From Dendrobates tinctorius (taxonomy: Eukaryota), in NCBI RefSeq assembly GCF_039654945.1, contig NW_027361834.1, positions 3,968,001 to 4,032,000 on the forward strand: a DNA stretch of 64,000 bases, written 5' to 3'. The notes below the pieces were generated by a model. It saw only the letters and a list, made by a program, of their open reading frames with translations. It ran no database searches and was not told the origin of the DNA. Shown piece by piece: positions 1 through 13,228 of the stretch; within the stretch, counting starts at the first letter, position 1, and each line of letters starts with the position of its first letter. The translations under genes and the position numbers were made by a program.

Positions 1-825
1 CAATTTCAGTTGGAGCCAAGTAGTCTGCAGCTTAAGCAACATTTTCCCCCGTCAGAACCATCTTCAGAAACTATTAACTATCCCTCAACTATGACCCACT
101 AGCCGCCTGTATTATGCCTCCCTGTCCCTTGTATGGCTTCTGGGGTTGATTTCTCCCCTCACCACTAATGGCTTCAGTACAGAGTGCATATGCCGTGTCT
201 GACCTTCTGCCCAACTGCTACCTAGTTCTTTTAAATACTGGGTCACATTTATTATGATGCAGCATTGACTGTCTAGATTTACTTGGATTTCCATAGTAAC
301 TCGCTATCTTTTTACATTTTACCTTTATCTATGATGAAGGGAAATAAAGTCCTATTACAAAAATGGACACAAAACTAGTCAGCAAACTTTAAGGTATATT
401 TTTTTTATTACCCAGAACACACCATTAAATGTTCTAGTTTGATAATGCAGACCTACCTATGCACTTTCTAGACACTAATCAAAATGTAATCAATCAAAAT
501 ATGGTCCTGATATAAGGTAAAAACTATTATTTTTCCATTAATGCAAACTACTGTCTATGTAAAAATGTTTGAAGTTGTTGCAATGAAGCATTTCATCAGC
601 AGAGGGCAGTGTCTTCCTGCTGTGATATTTATACTGCTCAGAACTGAAGCTACAAATGTGCATTCATTATTTGCAGATGGACTAAATGCACATTCTGAAC
701 TACTTTTTTTTTCTTTTTAAATGTATTTTAAAATTTGCATTATGTCTTAGAACTGAGCAATTTAATATTTTCTTTAAAAGGGGTTGCCCACTTTCTGCAT
801 TTTTGCTGCAAAAGATTAAATATAT

Positions 826-864
826 TGGTGGCCCGACTCTAACGCATCGGGCATTCTAGAATAT
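826..864 (-). mobile_element. Short remnant of a Helitron-type 3' end (hairpin motif), same family as 54350-54402
   Basis: Reverse complement reads CATATTCTAGAATGCCCGATGCGTTAGAGTCGGGCCACCA and matches 54357-54397; it contains a CCCGA..TCGGG hairpin. Confidence 0.4.
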
Positions 865-963
865 GGCCAGCGGGAGACCGACGTTCAAAAGATGGTCCAA
901 GACAATCCACCACGATCGGCGATCTCACAGTGGGGGCCTGGTCGCTGCTGCGTGTCACACTAA

Positions 964-1790
964 GGCTAAGTACCCACTTTGCAGAAATGCTACAAAAATT
1001 TCCACAGCATTTCCGCAACTCCCGCCGCAGGAAAAACTCATGTGAATTCGCATGTGTTTTCCCCGGAAAACATGCGTTTTTCACGCGATTTTCGCGTGCG
1101 GAATTCAAGCGCATTCCAAGAGATTTGAAGCATCGCTTGGAATGTGATTGACAGGTTGGTCATACTTGTCAAGCATAGTGTTTGACAATTGTGATCAACT
1201 TTTTACTATTGATGCTGCCTATACAGCATCAGTAGTAAAAGATAAAATGTAAAAAATAATAAAAAATTTTTTAAAAAAAGGTTATTCTCACCTTTGACGG
1301 TCCCCGATCTCCTCTCCACGCTCCTGGCATCTTCCGGTCCCAGTAATGCTTGGCGCGAAGGACCGGAGATTACGTCACTCTCGCGAGAGCACAGCGTCAT
1401 CAGCGGTCTGGTGAGAGGAGGGAAAGAGTCCGGGGGCCGTCGGAAGGTAAGTATATCACTATTTTTTATTTTAATTCTATTGTTTACAGGTTTATGGTAC
1501 CCAGGGCCTGAAGGAGAGTCTCCGCTCCTCCGGACCCTGGGTACCGGCTAGCGCCAGTCATCTCCCGGCTACGTCGCCGCTGACCTCCGTGCGGCAGGAG
1601 ATGACCCACGGCAACCTTTGGGAGATCAGCGGCTAGCACCGCAGATCTCCCGACAGTAGCGGTGGCGTGCGTCGTTCAAATTCCGCACCAATTCGCGGTC
1701 GGACTGCGCCTGTCGCTGATTGATTGCGCCCTGCCGGCCGTCCGCGACAATCAGCGATGCGGGATTTCCGTTACAGACAGACAGAATTAG
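964..1790. mobile_element. Degenerate non-autonomous DNA transposon (PIF/Harbinger-type left end, internally palindromic)
   Basis: TAA followed by GGCTAAGTACCCAC end motif; internal inverted segments around 1290-1450; right end not resolved. Confidence 0.4.
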
Positions 1791-1815
1791 ACGATTATAT
1801 AGTAGGATATATACA

Positions 1816-2630
1816 CCGTATTTTCAGGCGTGTAAGATGACTTTTCAACCCCTGAAAATCTTCTCAAAAGTTCAGGGGTTGTCTTATACGCCGGGTGTCG
1901 TCTTATACAGCAGGTGCGGAGCTCTGGGGTCGCCGCATATGGAGCCGTCAGCGCCATTACTGGTGAGGATGGACAGTACAATTGCTAACTAGATACGAAC
2001 GTCAGGGTAGGAATCAATGTTTGTCACAGTTGCTGGCCGGAAGACTCCAGACTGCACCCTACTAACGAAGCTTCCTTGCCCTCCAGTTCCCAAACATGAT
2101 GGAGTGAGGCTGATAGTCACCTTGGCGATGGACACTTCCCTGGAAGAGTTCAGCGATCACTGAAGGGCAGAGCTCCACGGAGAAATTACATCCGCTGATG
2201 TTCTGCACCCCGCCCTGAGCCCGAATCACCCAGAGAGGAAGATGTGGCCTGGAGATGTCTCCCCGGGTCACTGCTTCCGGAGGTGAACGAAGTGGCGAAC
2301 TGATACCTGGACCAGCCGAGCGTCTACTGCAGGAGAAGCCTGCGGGTGCACAGCAACCAGGCTGCCGTCACCACACTCTGCACCCAGCCTGGTGGAGCAG
2401 CTCCTCAGCGAGGCGTGTTTCTCTAGATCCAGCGCCGCACTCTCTTTTCTCCATACCCCGGGCGTCACAGATGCCTGCAGCTTGACTCACACCTTCACAG
2501 AGCTCCACATCCGCCATATAAGACGACACCGGGCGTATAAGTTGACCCCCGACTTATACTGCAAGTATATCCCAAACTCTATATTTTATATGGAAAAGTT
2601 GGGGGTCATCTTGTATGCCAGAAAATACGG
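1816..2630. mobile_element. Tc1/mariner-pogo (Tigger-like) MITE
   Basis: TIRs CCGTATTTTCAGGCGTGTAAGATGAC / GTCATCTTGTATGCCAGAAAATACGG; TA on the right flank, CA on the left; subterminal GTCTTATACG repeats. Confidence 0.8.
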
Positions 2631-4639
2631 TAATATTTGGTATTGGCATGGTCACATCGAACTGCAGAATAAAGATATTATGCCAATTATACTGAATGTT
2701 GTTTGGTTAAGAAAAAATAGAATTGTTGGTTTTGTTTTGCTCTTTTTGCCTCTCAAAAAAAAAAAGAAATCAAAGTCACATGTACAACAAAATGCCACCA
2801 ATGAAAATTACAGCTTGTCCCACAAAAATCAAGATGTTCTACAACTGTGCTGATGGAAACCTGTGAGACTTATGGCTCGCAGAATATGGAGACCCTGAAA
2901 TAAATGAATACTTTTCAAAGAGCGTAATATTTAGACAAAAGTAGAAGAAAAATATATGAAACTATGTACATTTGGTATTGCCCTATTCGTTCTGACTCAC
3001 AGAATAAAGGTAACACTTTATGTATGCAGCATGGCGAATAGCGCAAAATTGTTAACGCAAAAACAAAAAATCAGTTGCAGAAGTACTGTTTTGTTTATAA
3101 AGAGTTAATAAAAGTTTGTTAATAAGTCCTATGAATCCCAAAATGATTCCACTGAGAAATGTAATTCGTCGAAAAAAAAACATGCTCCTGGGTGTACATA
3201 AGATTCTTTATTTTTCATGCCATTTTTTGGAGGCAAGACAAGCAATTCTGCAAGGATTTTCAAATATTTTTGTATGACTTTCACCATGTGGGTGAAATAA
3301 AATGTTGTACCGTTACAGATATGTGGAAACCTATTATGTGAATTTCACATTCTTTTCCACTTTTTTTAGTCCCACTAAGGGACTTGAACCTATTGGGCTA
3401 AGTTCCCATGGTGTTTTTTTAATGCTGTGGATTTCTGGCAGCAGTTCGATACCAATTAGCCAATTTAGGTTGCTATCATTTTTATTGCTCTTGACCTGGG
3501 AAGGGTATGTTATCTAATCCAAAAAGACCTAAAGGGCGCAAAACTCCATTAGAAATTACCCCTCTCTAGCAAGTCAATAAAAATAAGATTTTATTCCATT
3601 AAAATAGATATTTTATGGGGTAATTTGTTAAAATGACAATCCTAAATTGCCATAAATAGACTAGATTAAGTTGGCCTGTGACTTTGTTCAAGTTTTTAAT
3701 TTTGGGGCTGTGTGTATTTGAGTTTGACAGTCCTGAATCTACACCAAATTGGGAAGGAGCTCAGTGCCGAACCATCACACTTGTTGTTCCCCTCTGCTCC
3801 CCTGTTATTTCCAGCTTACTCTTCCTACAGTTGTTGAAGGGTGTGACATTGCTGCTATAACGTGGGAACCAAAGCAATGAGGATAAAGATATGTATTGCC
3901 GGATTAAGTGAGTATAATCCTCAAGGAAGGTTCCCCCTACAGTGTCTGTACATTGCTATGCACACCCCATAGGTGCAGCTATTGTGGTACCTGAATTGCC
4001 CCTTTTTGCTAACAGCATAGCCTATTCCAACACAGGCAACCACATTACTTCCTTCCAAAAGGTGATGGGGCAACAAACATGGTTCTGGAGAAAACTGCTA
4101 TAGTCTCTTCAATAGGCTGAGTAATTTTGGTATGTGATTTACCCTTTATTACTGTCAGCGTAACCGACCCAAGCAGTAAGGTTGGTCAGCAGTAGAGGGT
4201 TTTCATCAGGACACTAGCAGCAAGCTTAGTGAGCCATCATCAGAACACAAATCCTCCGCCACTTTACTCTAGAGTCTTTATGATTATGATAATCTCTCCC
4301 TCCACTCTGGGTCTTAGGAGTGGCCCATGCCCACGATTACCATTTAAATTTTTAGTTAACGTTGGGTGTGCCACACAAATTAGGTGCATCTGTGATTATA
4401 TATATATATATTTTTTTTGTTTGTTTTTACTTTCATCTTTGAGGAAATCCAGCTCTCACGTGGCTGACAGTTTTGGTTACCATTGACTTTGACACATCAT
4501 TTTGTTTTAATTGAATAACAATTTATATTAAATATTTTCAACTTTAATCTTTTTTTCCATCGAATTTTGATGTGTGATTAAAGTTATACTTTAATTTTTT
4601 GGAGCAATGTATTTATGGCGCTTTCCTTTTCTGACTATT

Positions 4640-5527
4640 TGTTTTTATTACATTTATTCCATGGCGCTTTACATGTGAGGAGGGGTATACATAATAAAAA
4701 CAAGTACAGTAATCTTAAACAATACAAGTCTCGACTGGTACAGGAGGACAGAGGATCCTGCCCGCGAGGGCTCACAATCTACAAGGGATGGGTGAGGATA
4801 CAGTAGGCAAGGGTAGAGCTGGTCGTGCAGCGGTTTGATGGATCGGTGGTTACTGCAGGTTGTAGGCTTGTCGGAAGAGGTAGGTCTTCAGGTTCTTTTT
4901 GAAGGTTTCCATGGTAGGCGAGAATCTGATATGCTATGGCAGACAGTTCTTTGGGTAGTGGGGAGTCAGTGCACGGATTCACAGAGGGGAGGGGCCGGGG
5001 AATAGCGGGGGGACAGGTGGATTAGTCAGGCAGCATAGTTTAGAATAGATTGGAGGGGTGCAAGAGTGTTAGGGGGGAGGCCACAGAGCAGGAGGTGGTA
5101 GTAGACCAGGCAGGGGAAGATGAGGGCATGGACTAAGGCTTTTCATATTCTTTGTTGAGGAATGTACGGATCCGTGAAATATTTTTGAGTTGAAGTCGGC
5201 AGGAAGTGGAAAGGGCTTGGATATTTGGATATGTGGTTTGAAGGATAGATCAGTGTCAAGGATTACCCCGAGGCTGCGAGCTTGTGGGACTGGGGAAAGC
5301 GAGCAGCCATTTACTTTAATGGATAGGTCTGTTGGGGGTCGAGTGAGATGGGGGAAAGATGATGAATTCTGTTTTGTCCATATTAAGTTTTTCAAGTCTA
5401 GCGGGGAAGGATAAAATAGCAGACAGACATAGTGGGATTCTGGTTAGTAGGGAGATGATATCTGGTCCAGAGATGTAGCTCTGTGTGTCATCAGCATAGA
5501 TGTGATACTGGAAGCCATGAGATTCTA
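4640..5527 (-). mobile_element. L2-clade LINE, 5'-truncated 3' end
   Basis: Minus strand encodes HGFQYHIYADDTQ (RT motif) near 5480-5520 and ARSLGVILDTDLSFKPHI; 3' tail reads AAAGCGCCATGGAATAAA. Confidence 0.85.
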
Positions 5528-5801
5528 TTGATTATGTACAAACTGATTAGCAGAGTGCCACTTCCTACTGGCAGCACCTACACTTATTGGGGTCTCTATG
5601 TCCCCCAATGATCAAGACAACAAATGGATTTTACAGTAAGTTAAAAAAAAATCCAATTTTTGTTATAAGGGTCCGCTTCGTTTGGTGAAAACAGGGCTTC
5701 CTTCTGCTGGTACTCCTCATGATCAACTGTGATTTGTTTGATAAAAGAAATGAAATATTGCATAGTACAAATGGACTGTCCATTCAAGTTACATGCCGGG
5801 A

Positions 5802-6074
5802 CTAGTGATGAGAAAACGTTCTCTAATAACTTCTTATTCGAGCATCTGGGAGTGCTTGTATATTATGTGTGAGTCCCTGCGGCTGTTAGACAGACACAAC
5901 ACATGCAGAGATTGCCTGTTTGTTAGGGAATCCCCACGTGTGCAGGCTGTCTGACAGTTGCAAATCATGCAGCTGCAGGGGACTTGAACATAATATACAA
6001 GCACTCCTACATGCTTGGATAACACCTGAACATTCTTGGATAAGACATTATCTGAGCACATTCGCTCATTCTAG
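5802..6074. mobile_element. MITE with TAGTGATGAG..CTCATTCTA ends (hAT-like); same family as the MITEs in the kinase repeat introns
   Basis: Terminal inverted repeats; internal AAATCATGCAGCTGC..GGGACT shared with 57102-57301 and related copies. Confidence 0.65.
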
Positions 6075-6443
6075 TCTGGACCTTCTTTGTAGTTATGTTA
6101 TCTGAGAGCATTAGAGTGTAGGAGCACAGTCTCTGGTTACAGATATGTGTCACTTACTAGGCTGTGTTTTGTCATTTCAATACAATCAAGTTTTTTATCA
6201 ACAGGAGATTATCAGTACAGGACAACTGGCCTTTGCAGGGTAGCCCAACCATGCCCTCACCACTGATTAGCGGTTCTCAACAACTGAGCTCTGCTAGATC
6301 CGCAGCAGAGAAAATTTTTTATATCAACTGCTGCAACCAGTAAGTGATACATTATTGTAGTCAGGGGTTCTACCTCATGCTGCTGTCAGATTAAGTAGCA
6401 AAATCCTGCCAACAGATCTCTTTAGCTTAAAATTATCCATTAA

Positions 6444-6835
6444 GGCCAGTTTCACATTTGCGGTTGAGTCCGCAGCGTTTGATGCGCATACATTCGTATG
6501 CGTCCTGCGTACCTATCTTTAATATGGGGTACGCAGGGACATGCATTTGTATGCGTTTGCGTCGTTTCACGGTATGTGGCAGGGCGTGGCAAACGCATTG
6601 TGTTGCATTTTTTCTTGCAGCGTCAAATATCCGCAGCCATCCGCACTATAGTAATGCCAGCGTACGCAATAATTTACATAAGACAAACCCATTGGGCGTG
6701 GCTTGTGTAAATTCAAAATTTGCCGGGAAATAGCATTTGCCTATCGTCCGCAAACACATGCATGCGTTTGCAAGCATTTTTGCATGCGGTTGCGGACGAT
6801 ACACTGCTGACTTAACTGAATATGTGAACCTAGCC
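6444..6835. mobile_element. PIF/Harbinger-type MITE
   Basis: TAA|GGCCAGTTTCACAT ... ATGTGAACCTAGCC; GCAT-rich interior similar to 21005-21474. Confidence 0.7.
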
Positions 6836-7859
6836 TTGTTTAGCCAGAACATGCTGTTATCTTAAAAAATCACATTTGCCTGCAGTTATCCCACTCTGCC
6901 CTATGCCAAACACAAAGGAATTCACGAAGCTGAGATCTGGGGAAGCTTTTGTTCCCCACTTTGCCTGCCTGAAATACAGAGAGATTATTGTGGTCATGGG
7001 TAATTTACTTTCCCTCAACCATTTTTTGTTAATTTATGTATTTGTTTGCTAATAGTATAATGCACCGTTACCAAAACGTTCCCCATGTCCTACTGCCAAT
7101 CATTTTCCTATAATCAATAAACCCCTTTTCTCTTTGCACTTTTAAATACCCCTCAGTTTTCTTGAATATAATTCAGTAAAAAGTACAGAATCCATTAATG
7201 TTTGAGACTTTAGTGGAGCAATAGACAAGGCAGCCTAGACTTTTCACAAGTAGTTCAAAGGTTCACTGTATCCTGTAATTTGCATTGCTGCTCTACTATT
7301 ATGCATCTCCACAATGCCTGCCCAAAATTAGCCTACCAGTAATTACATCTTCTGATCCTAATTTCAGCCCCTCCTCCAGTTACGCATTCGAGCTTTAACC
7401 CTTTCATGCCAGAACCTGTTTTCACCTTCATGACCAGACCATTTTTTTCAATTCTGACCAGTGTCACTTTATGAGGTAATAATTCTGAAACGCTTCAATG
7501 GATCCCACTGGTTCTGAGAATGTTTTCTCAGCATAGAGTGCAGGATAAATGTGAGCCGAGTCTAAGGACTCCTTCACACATCCTGGTGATTCCTGTATTG
7601 GTGAGATCCATGGTCTGTGTGTCATCTGCATGTACGTATGTGACATCCTTGTATCCATTTACTATTCGTGTGGCACCCGTGTGCCGTCTGTATGTCCATG
7701 TGACACTGGCACCTGAGAAAAGCAATAATTAGCTGTTCCCAGGAGCCGTGTGTTGAAGACAGCTCTCTTCATTGTTGCCCAGTCTCCCTGAGATTAGCGC
7801 GTCCAGGCAATAATGATAGGACTTGTATTCAGCACCCGCTGTGTACATCCGTTGTAAAA

Positions 7860-8860
7860 TTAAGAATTAAATTTTTTAAAAAAATGGCGTGGGCTCCCAC
7901 GTAATTTTCATAACCAGTAGAGGGAAAGCCCATGTTTGGGAGCCTAATGTTAATTATCTGGGAAAGAGGACTATATCCCAAATGTTTCCAAGGCTATTAA
8001 TAACAGCTCACAGCTGTTTGCTTAGCCTTTTCTGGTGAAAAAGATGTAGTGTCTCCCTTGGAGCACAGCTTCAGTGACCTGCAGTGACGTCATAGAGGTT
8101 ACCGAAGCTCAATGAAGCTGCGGTTCCCACTCTGTTTGCTGGGAGCGGCACGATTAACTGCAGTGGCCTCAATGAGATCACCGCTAGTGCTAGCGGTGGT
8201 GACTTAATGACGGTTACCACAGTTCATCGGGTGGCTCATAGTGAACTGAGCCTGGGAACTGCAGCATCAGTGACCAGTGGTAACCTCTATCACATTACCG
8301 CTCGTCTCTGAAGCTGCACCCCAAGCTCAGCTCAGTGTCTCCTGGATGTCAGGGTGAACGGTCGCATCATGTCACCGTTCATCAAGACATCCAGATGCAG
8401 CAGAGATGGATTACGGTGTGGGTCAAATAGATTATCTTCTCGTCGGACAGGTGAGGAAAATGGTGTTTTATTATTTTTGTTTTTTTTACAGGTGACATTG
8501 GCATCAATGGATTATCTTCTCGTCAGACAGGTGAAGAATATATAAATTACCTCAGTTGCCATTACCAGAGAGCAAGTGAGAAGAGCGAAGCTAAGCGCCA
8601 GATTTGGCGCATCTTCTGGATGCGCCATTTCTGGGGCGGCTGAGCGATAATGTTGGTAGCTGGGGAGGCAATATCTCTGGCTCCTTCCCAGGCTATTAAT
8701 ATTAACCCACAGCTGTCTGTTTAGTCTTGCTGGTTTTAATTTATAGGAGTCATTTTTTGGGGGGTCCCCTGTAAACTCACCAGTAAAGGTTAAGCAAACA
8801 GCTGTGAGCTGTTATTAATAGCCTGAGAACCTTTTGGGATATTGTTCCTTTTCCCAAATT
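7860..8860. mobile_element. Internally palindromic non-autonomous DNA element remnant
   Basis: GGCTATTAATAACAGCTCACAGCTGTTTGCTTA at ~7992 is inverted at ~8790-8823; central hairpin CACCGCTAGTGCTAGCGGTG at ~8180-8198. Confidence 0.55.
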
Positions 8861-8865
8861 ATTAA

Positions 8866-9795
8866 CCCATTTCCGATATTGGGCGTACATTTACGTTTAT
8901 ATCAGACTCCCTCCCTTTGATGTGGGCTCCGGCGGTGGGCCCACATCTTTCTCGGGACTTGGCAGCTGTTTTGAACAGCTGACATGTGCCCGGAATAGCC
9001 CCGGGTGGAATCGCGATGCCCCCGCGGCTATTATCTCGTTAAATGCCGCTGTCAAACGCTGACAGCGGCATTTAACAAGCGCTTCCGGCAATCGCGCTGG
9101 AAATCCGCCCACTGGTGACCCACATCACGTGATCACGGGTCACGAGTGGGTTGGCATGACAACCGGAGGTCTCCTGGAGACCTCTATGGTTGTCACTGCT
9201 GGCTTGCTGTGAGCGCCACCCAGTGGTCGGCGCTCATAGCAAGTGAGTAATTCTAATAGAGGCAAACTGATCATCGCCTCTATGTAGCAGAGCCAATAGG
9301 GTATTGGGAGCTTTTAGTCTCCCATGTTGACTATGAAAGCATGCCAAAAGTAAAAAAAATAGTTTTTAAAAATATAAAAAAATATAAAAGTTCAAATCAC
9401 CCCCTTTGCCCCATTCAAAATAAAACAATAAAAAAATCAAACATACACGTATTTGGTAACACCGCATTCAGAATCGCCCAATCTATCAATAGTAAAAAAA
9501 GATTAACCTGATCGCTAAACTACGTAGCAAGAAAAAAAGTAAAAACGCCAGAATTGAGTTTTTTTGGTCGCTGCGACATTGCATTAAAATGCAATAATGG
9601 GCGATCAAAAGAACGTATCTGCACCAAAATAGTATCATTAGAAACGTCAGATCGGCATGCAAAAAAATAAACCCTCACCCAACCCAAGATCACGAAAAAT
9701 GGAGATGCTACGTGTATCGGAAAATGGTGCAATTTTTTTCGTCTAAAAAAGTTTGGAATTTTTTTTCATCACTTAGATAAAAAAGAACCTAGACC
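8866..9795 (+). mobile_element. piggyBac-type non-autonomous element, left part
   Basis: TTAA|CCC terminus; 9200-9795 is clearly homologous to 59930-60520, whose copy ends GGGG|TTAA at 60848. Confidence 0.6.
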
Positions 9796-9984
9796 ACGTA
9801 TCTCTATGGGGCAACTAGGGGGGTTGGAGGAGGGAGCGAGGAATGGTTAAAAAGGGCTATAATTCCTAATTTCACTGACCAAGAGCTGGAGTTTCTCAAT
9901 GCCAAGATTACAGAGGATGAGGTTAAATCGGCTATCAAGGACTTTGGTAATGGAAAGGCTCCGGGACCAGATGGTTTTGGGGTG

Positions 9985-9988
<4 letters not shown>

Positions 9989-10044
<56 letters not shown>

Positions 10045-10962
10045 TTTGGGTCCTTCATTGACCTCATTGTAGTTATAAGTTGGTTTAGCATTGGTACTCA
10101 TGTGTGTCATTAACAATTGGCATTAAAAAGCAGTATCTGTTGCAGCAGTTTTTTGAACTCAGTCTGCATGCTTAGAAGCCACTTCCATTTTATACAAGTG
10201 GTTAATGATGGGGTTATAACTTCTTTTGGGCAATATCATTCAGTATTTTTTGTGACATTTGAAATGTGGCATTGTCGGTCTTTTTGTTGCTATTGGAAAG
10301 AGTGTGAACATACACTGCATGCTTAGAAAACACTGATTTAACCAACATTAGGTTTTTCCTACAGTGAGCACATCTGAGTTGGCTCTAATAGTTTTCTGAG
10401 CACCATTTTTTCATCTATACCAACTATTAGTTGGCGGTGTAAGCAGTATCTAATTTCTGTAGCAACTTTTGAAATTTAGTCTGCATGTTAAGAGACTATA
10501 GTCTATTTTGGCAAATCAAGGGCCCAAACCCCTGGAGTATTATTATCCTTTGACCACGTTGTGAAATTATGTCAATCGTCACCAACTGCCTATTGTGTTC
10601 TTTTTGTTTTTAATTGGGGTCTAGGGTCCTCTTAGATATAGGATCGTCTATGTCTATTGATAGGGGTTCCTTTAGGACATCGGGTAGAAGGGTTCCCCTA
10701 GCGGCTGTAGGGTGATACAGGGCTCCCAGGGTCAGCCATTGTGGAGCGGGGGCGCCACAACGTTCCCCCCTAGGGTGCCAACCTCCGCAGCCAGGAAGGT
10801 GACAGCGTAGTTGACGTAAGAGGGACTTCTAGCTTACCCATTTTATTGGTAATTTTGGAACACGTTTGTTTTTGTTTGTGCACGTTTTTTTTTGGTGTGA
10901 ACCATTGTATATGGTTTTTTAATCAATAAAGATAATTTTTAGGGATATATATGATTTAACAG
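9989..10962 (+). mobile_element. Probable Penelope-like pseudo-LTR fragment (PLE-A), continuing at 18785-18814; starts with (AT)n
   Basis: The whole insert 9989-18814 is flanked by GTGAATT (9982-9988 and 18815-18821) inside L1-A; shares a ~100 nt motif with the PLE-B pLTR; no ORF or ribozyme seen. Confidence 0.55.
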
Positions 10963-11162
10963 ACTAATTAAATAGAAAAAGGAATAACATAATTTTTGTG
11001 AACATGTATTCCCATTAAAATTAGATTTTAATGATGAATTTAAAAGCACCTATTCCCGTGAGCAAATGATAAAGAAGACAAATAATTGTATACAAAAAAG
11101 CCCTATTAAAGGCTACAATGGACTATCTGTACCCTTCCTTGCCGTGGAGGTTGGCACCCTAA

Positions 11163-12469
11163 GGCTGGAGTCACACACAACCATTAAAAAAACGGTCCCA
11201 TTTTAACGGTCCGAAATTGCACAAAGGTATCTTAACCATTGATCCATTTTTGATGCGATTTTTCTTCATTGATGCGATTTAAATCTCATGTAAGGATCCG
11301 TTTGACATCCGACTGGCGAGATTTTCTCGCAGGGTAGCTAAATGGACATATAATGGAGCCCAATGACAGGTTTCCCCACACAAAGAATGAATAAATCTAG
11401 ACACTGTGATAAAACACTCCGGGATCGCCTTTGCTGGGGTCAAAGGTCACGTGCGTTCAGCATGAAACTCAGGCGCAGAGCTGGGATTCGGGTGTAACTG
11501 ACCCTGAGTCAGGTTTATTAACGGTGAAAGCAATGCAAAAAGGAAATAAAACACAAAACAAATCCTTGCCTGTCCGGCACTAACTAAACAATGGACAACC
11601 TAACTACCAACTGGTGGGCTTCTCCCGTCCAGCCAAACCACAGTTGCAGTGGGCACTGCTTCCACTCACGTGTGTCTCTCACACAGACAGGCTCTCTGTG
11701 TTCCCAGGCTGAGACACTCACACAACCACCTGGCATCCTTTTATATCCACCTCCCATTATTCATTAGCAAGCAGGTGCGATACTGACCAGGCTAGGCCAC
11801 ATAGGAAAGGAATCTGGGCGAGATATACCTGCCCTCATCCACTATTCCCACATGATTCTCACAACACATATATATATATATATATATATCTATATATATT
11901 TTATACATGTCTTAGAGACTCATTAATATATATATTACAAATTCATACAGTTCATCATAGCAGAATAGCCGCAGAAACATTTGCCAGCTTTTGTATAATT
12001 ATTCTCCTGCCCGACATGAAATGACACATGGTTTACATATAGTTAACCATTTCATTTCATGTTTTTTTTGTTATGTCTATCACTATTAATTAGATGAGGG
12101 TTTGTGGGTAAAATTTTGGACTTGTAGGGGTTAATTTAAGGGGTTAATTCGTTGTATGAAATTACGGGGACTCCCTGCAGCCTCAGTGACGTCAGCGGGA
12201 GTCCCAGCAATTTCATACAACGAATTAACCCCTTAAATTAACCCCTACAAGTCCAAAATTTTACCCACAAACCCTCATCTAATTAATAGTGATAGACATA
12301 ACAAAAAAAACATGAAATGAAATGGTTAACTATATGTAAACCATGTGTCATTTCATGTCAGGCAGGAGAATAATTATACAAAAGCCGGCAAATGTTTCTG
12401 CGCCTATTCTGCTATGATGAACTGTATGAATTTGTAATATATATATTAATGAGTCTCTATGACATGTAT

Positions 12470-12508
<39 letters not shown>

Positions 12509-12851
12509 CTAGATCTATTCATTCTTTATTTAACCGGTCTCTGTGATTTTACTGTATTGGAAGAATTGCCGGCTTTTGCTAAAGGACACCGGGTGCGATT
12601 GTATCGCAAGTCACACATCTAGTCCGTTTTTAGTCCCATTTTTTCTCGCCCCATAGACTTGTATTGTCGAATCCGATCCGAAAATCGGTGACAATCGCAG
12701 CATGCTGCGATTGTCTCGGTCCGAGGATCGGATCTGATCAAAATCGCATGATGGGAGCTGCCCCATAGAATAACATTGGGACGAATGCAATGTGATTTTG
12801 TTTTTTATTGCATTGCATTCGTCCGATTTAATCGCCAGTGTGACCCCGGCC
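11163..12851. mobile_element. PIF/Harbinger-type foldback MITE inserted in the PLE-B 3' pLTR
   Basis: TIRs GGCTGGAGTCACAC / GTGTGACCCCGGCC, TAA TSD; the empty site CACCCTAATAGATA is seen at 16849-16862; long internal palindrome centred near 12188. Confidence 0.9.
11405..11863 (-). mobile_element. Solo LTR (459 bp)
   Basis: TG...CA ends, ACAC TSD, absent from the mirror arm of the MITE (12500-12527); minus-strand TATAAAA near 11740 and AATAAA at 11514-11519. Confidence 0.8.
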
Positions 12852-13169
12852 TAATAGATACCATTGTTTGGCGCCCCCGCTCAACGTCGACTGACCCTGT
12901 CTCCCCTATCTCACCGTAGTAACTCAGGTGGGAAAACAATGTCAAATAGAAAAGAAATGAAGGAAGGGAATAAAAAGGAAAACCTTTCTAAAATAGAAAC
13001 ATAAATAGTCCGACAAATAGAATATAGCAGTATATGGCGGATAGTCGCCTCTGATAATTAGAATAACCACAGGTGGTGCAATAGGATAGACATGATATTA
13101 AATTGTCCCATAACAGACACATAGATGAAAACATAAATCAAACACCACCTAGTGGTTTTACTTATCATT

Positions 13170-13228
13170 TAAAGTCGCCCCGACGCGTTTCCCCGGTGTA
13201 ACGGTTCATCAGGAGGCCGCAGACTTTA
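13170..13228 (-). ncRNA. Type I hammerhead ribozyme in the PLE-B pLTR
   Basis: Exact reverse complement of 18044-18102. Confidence 0.85.

Noticed and set aside
112-294. 60-aa minus-strand ORF
   Set aside because: No recognisable motif or splice context; likely chance.
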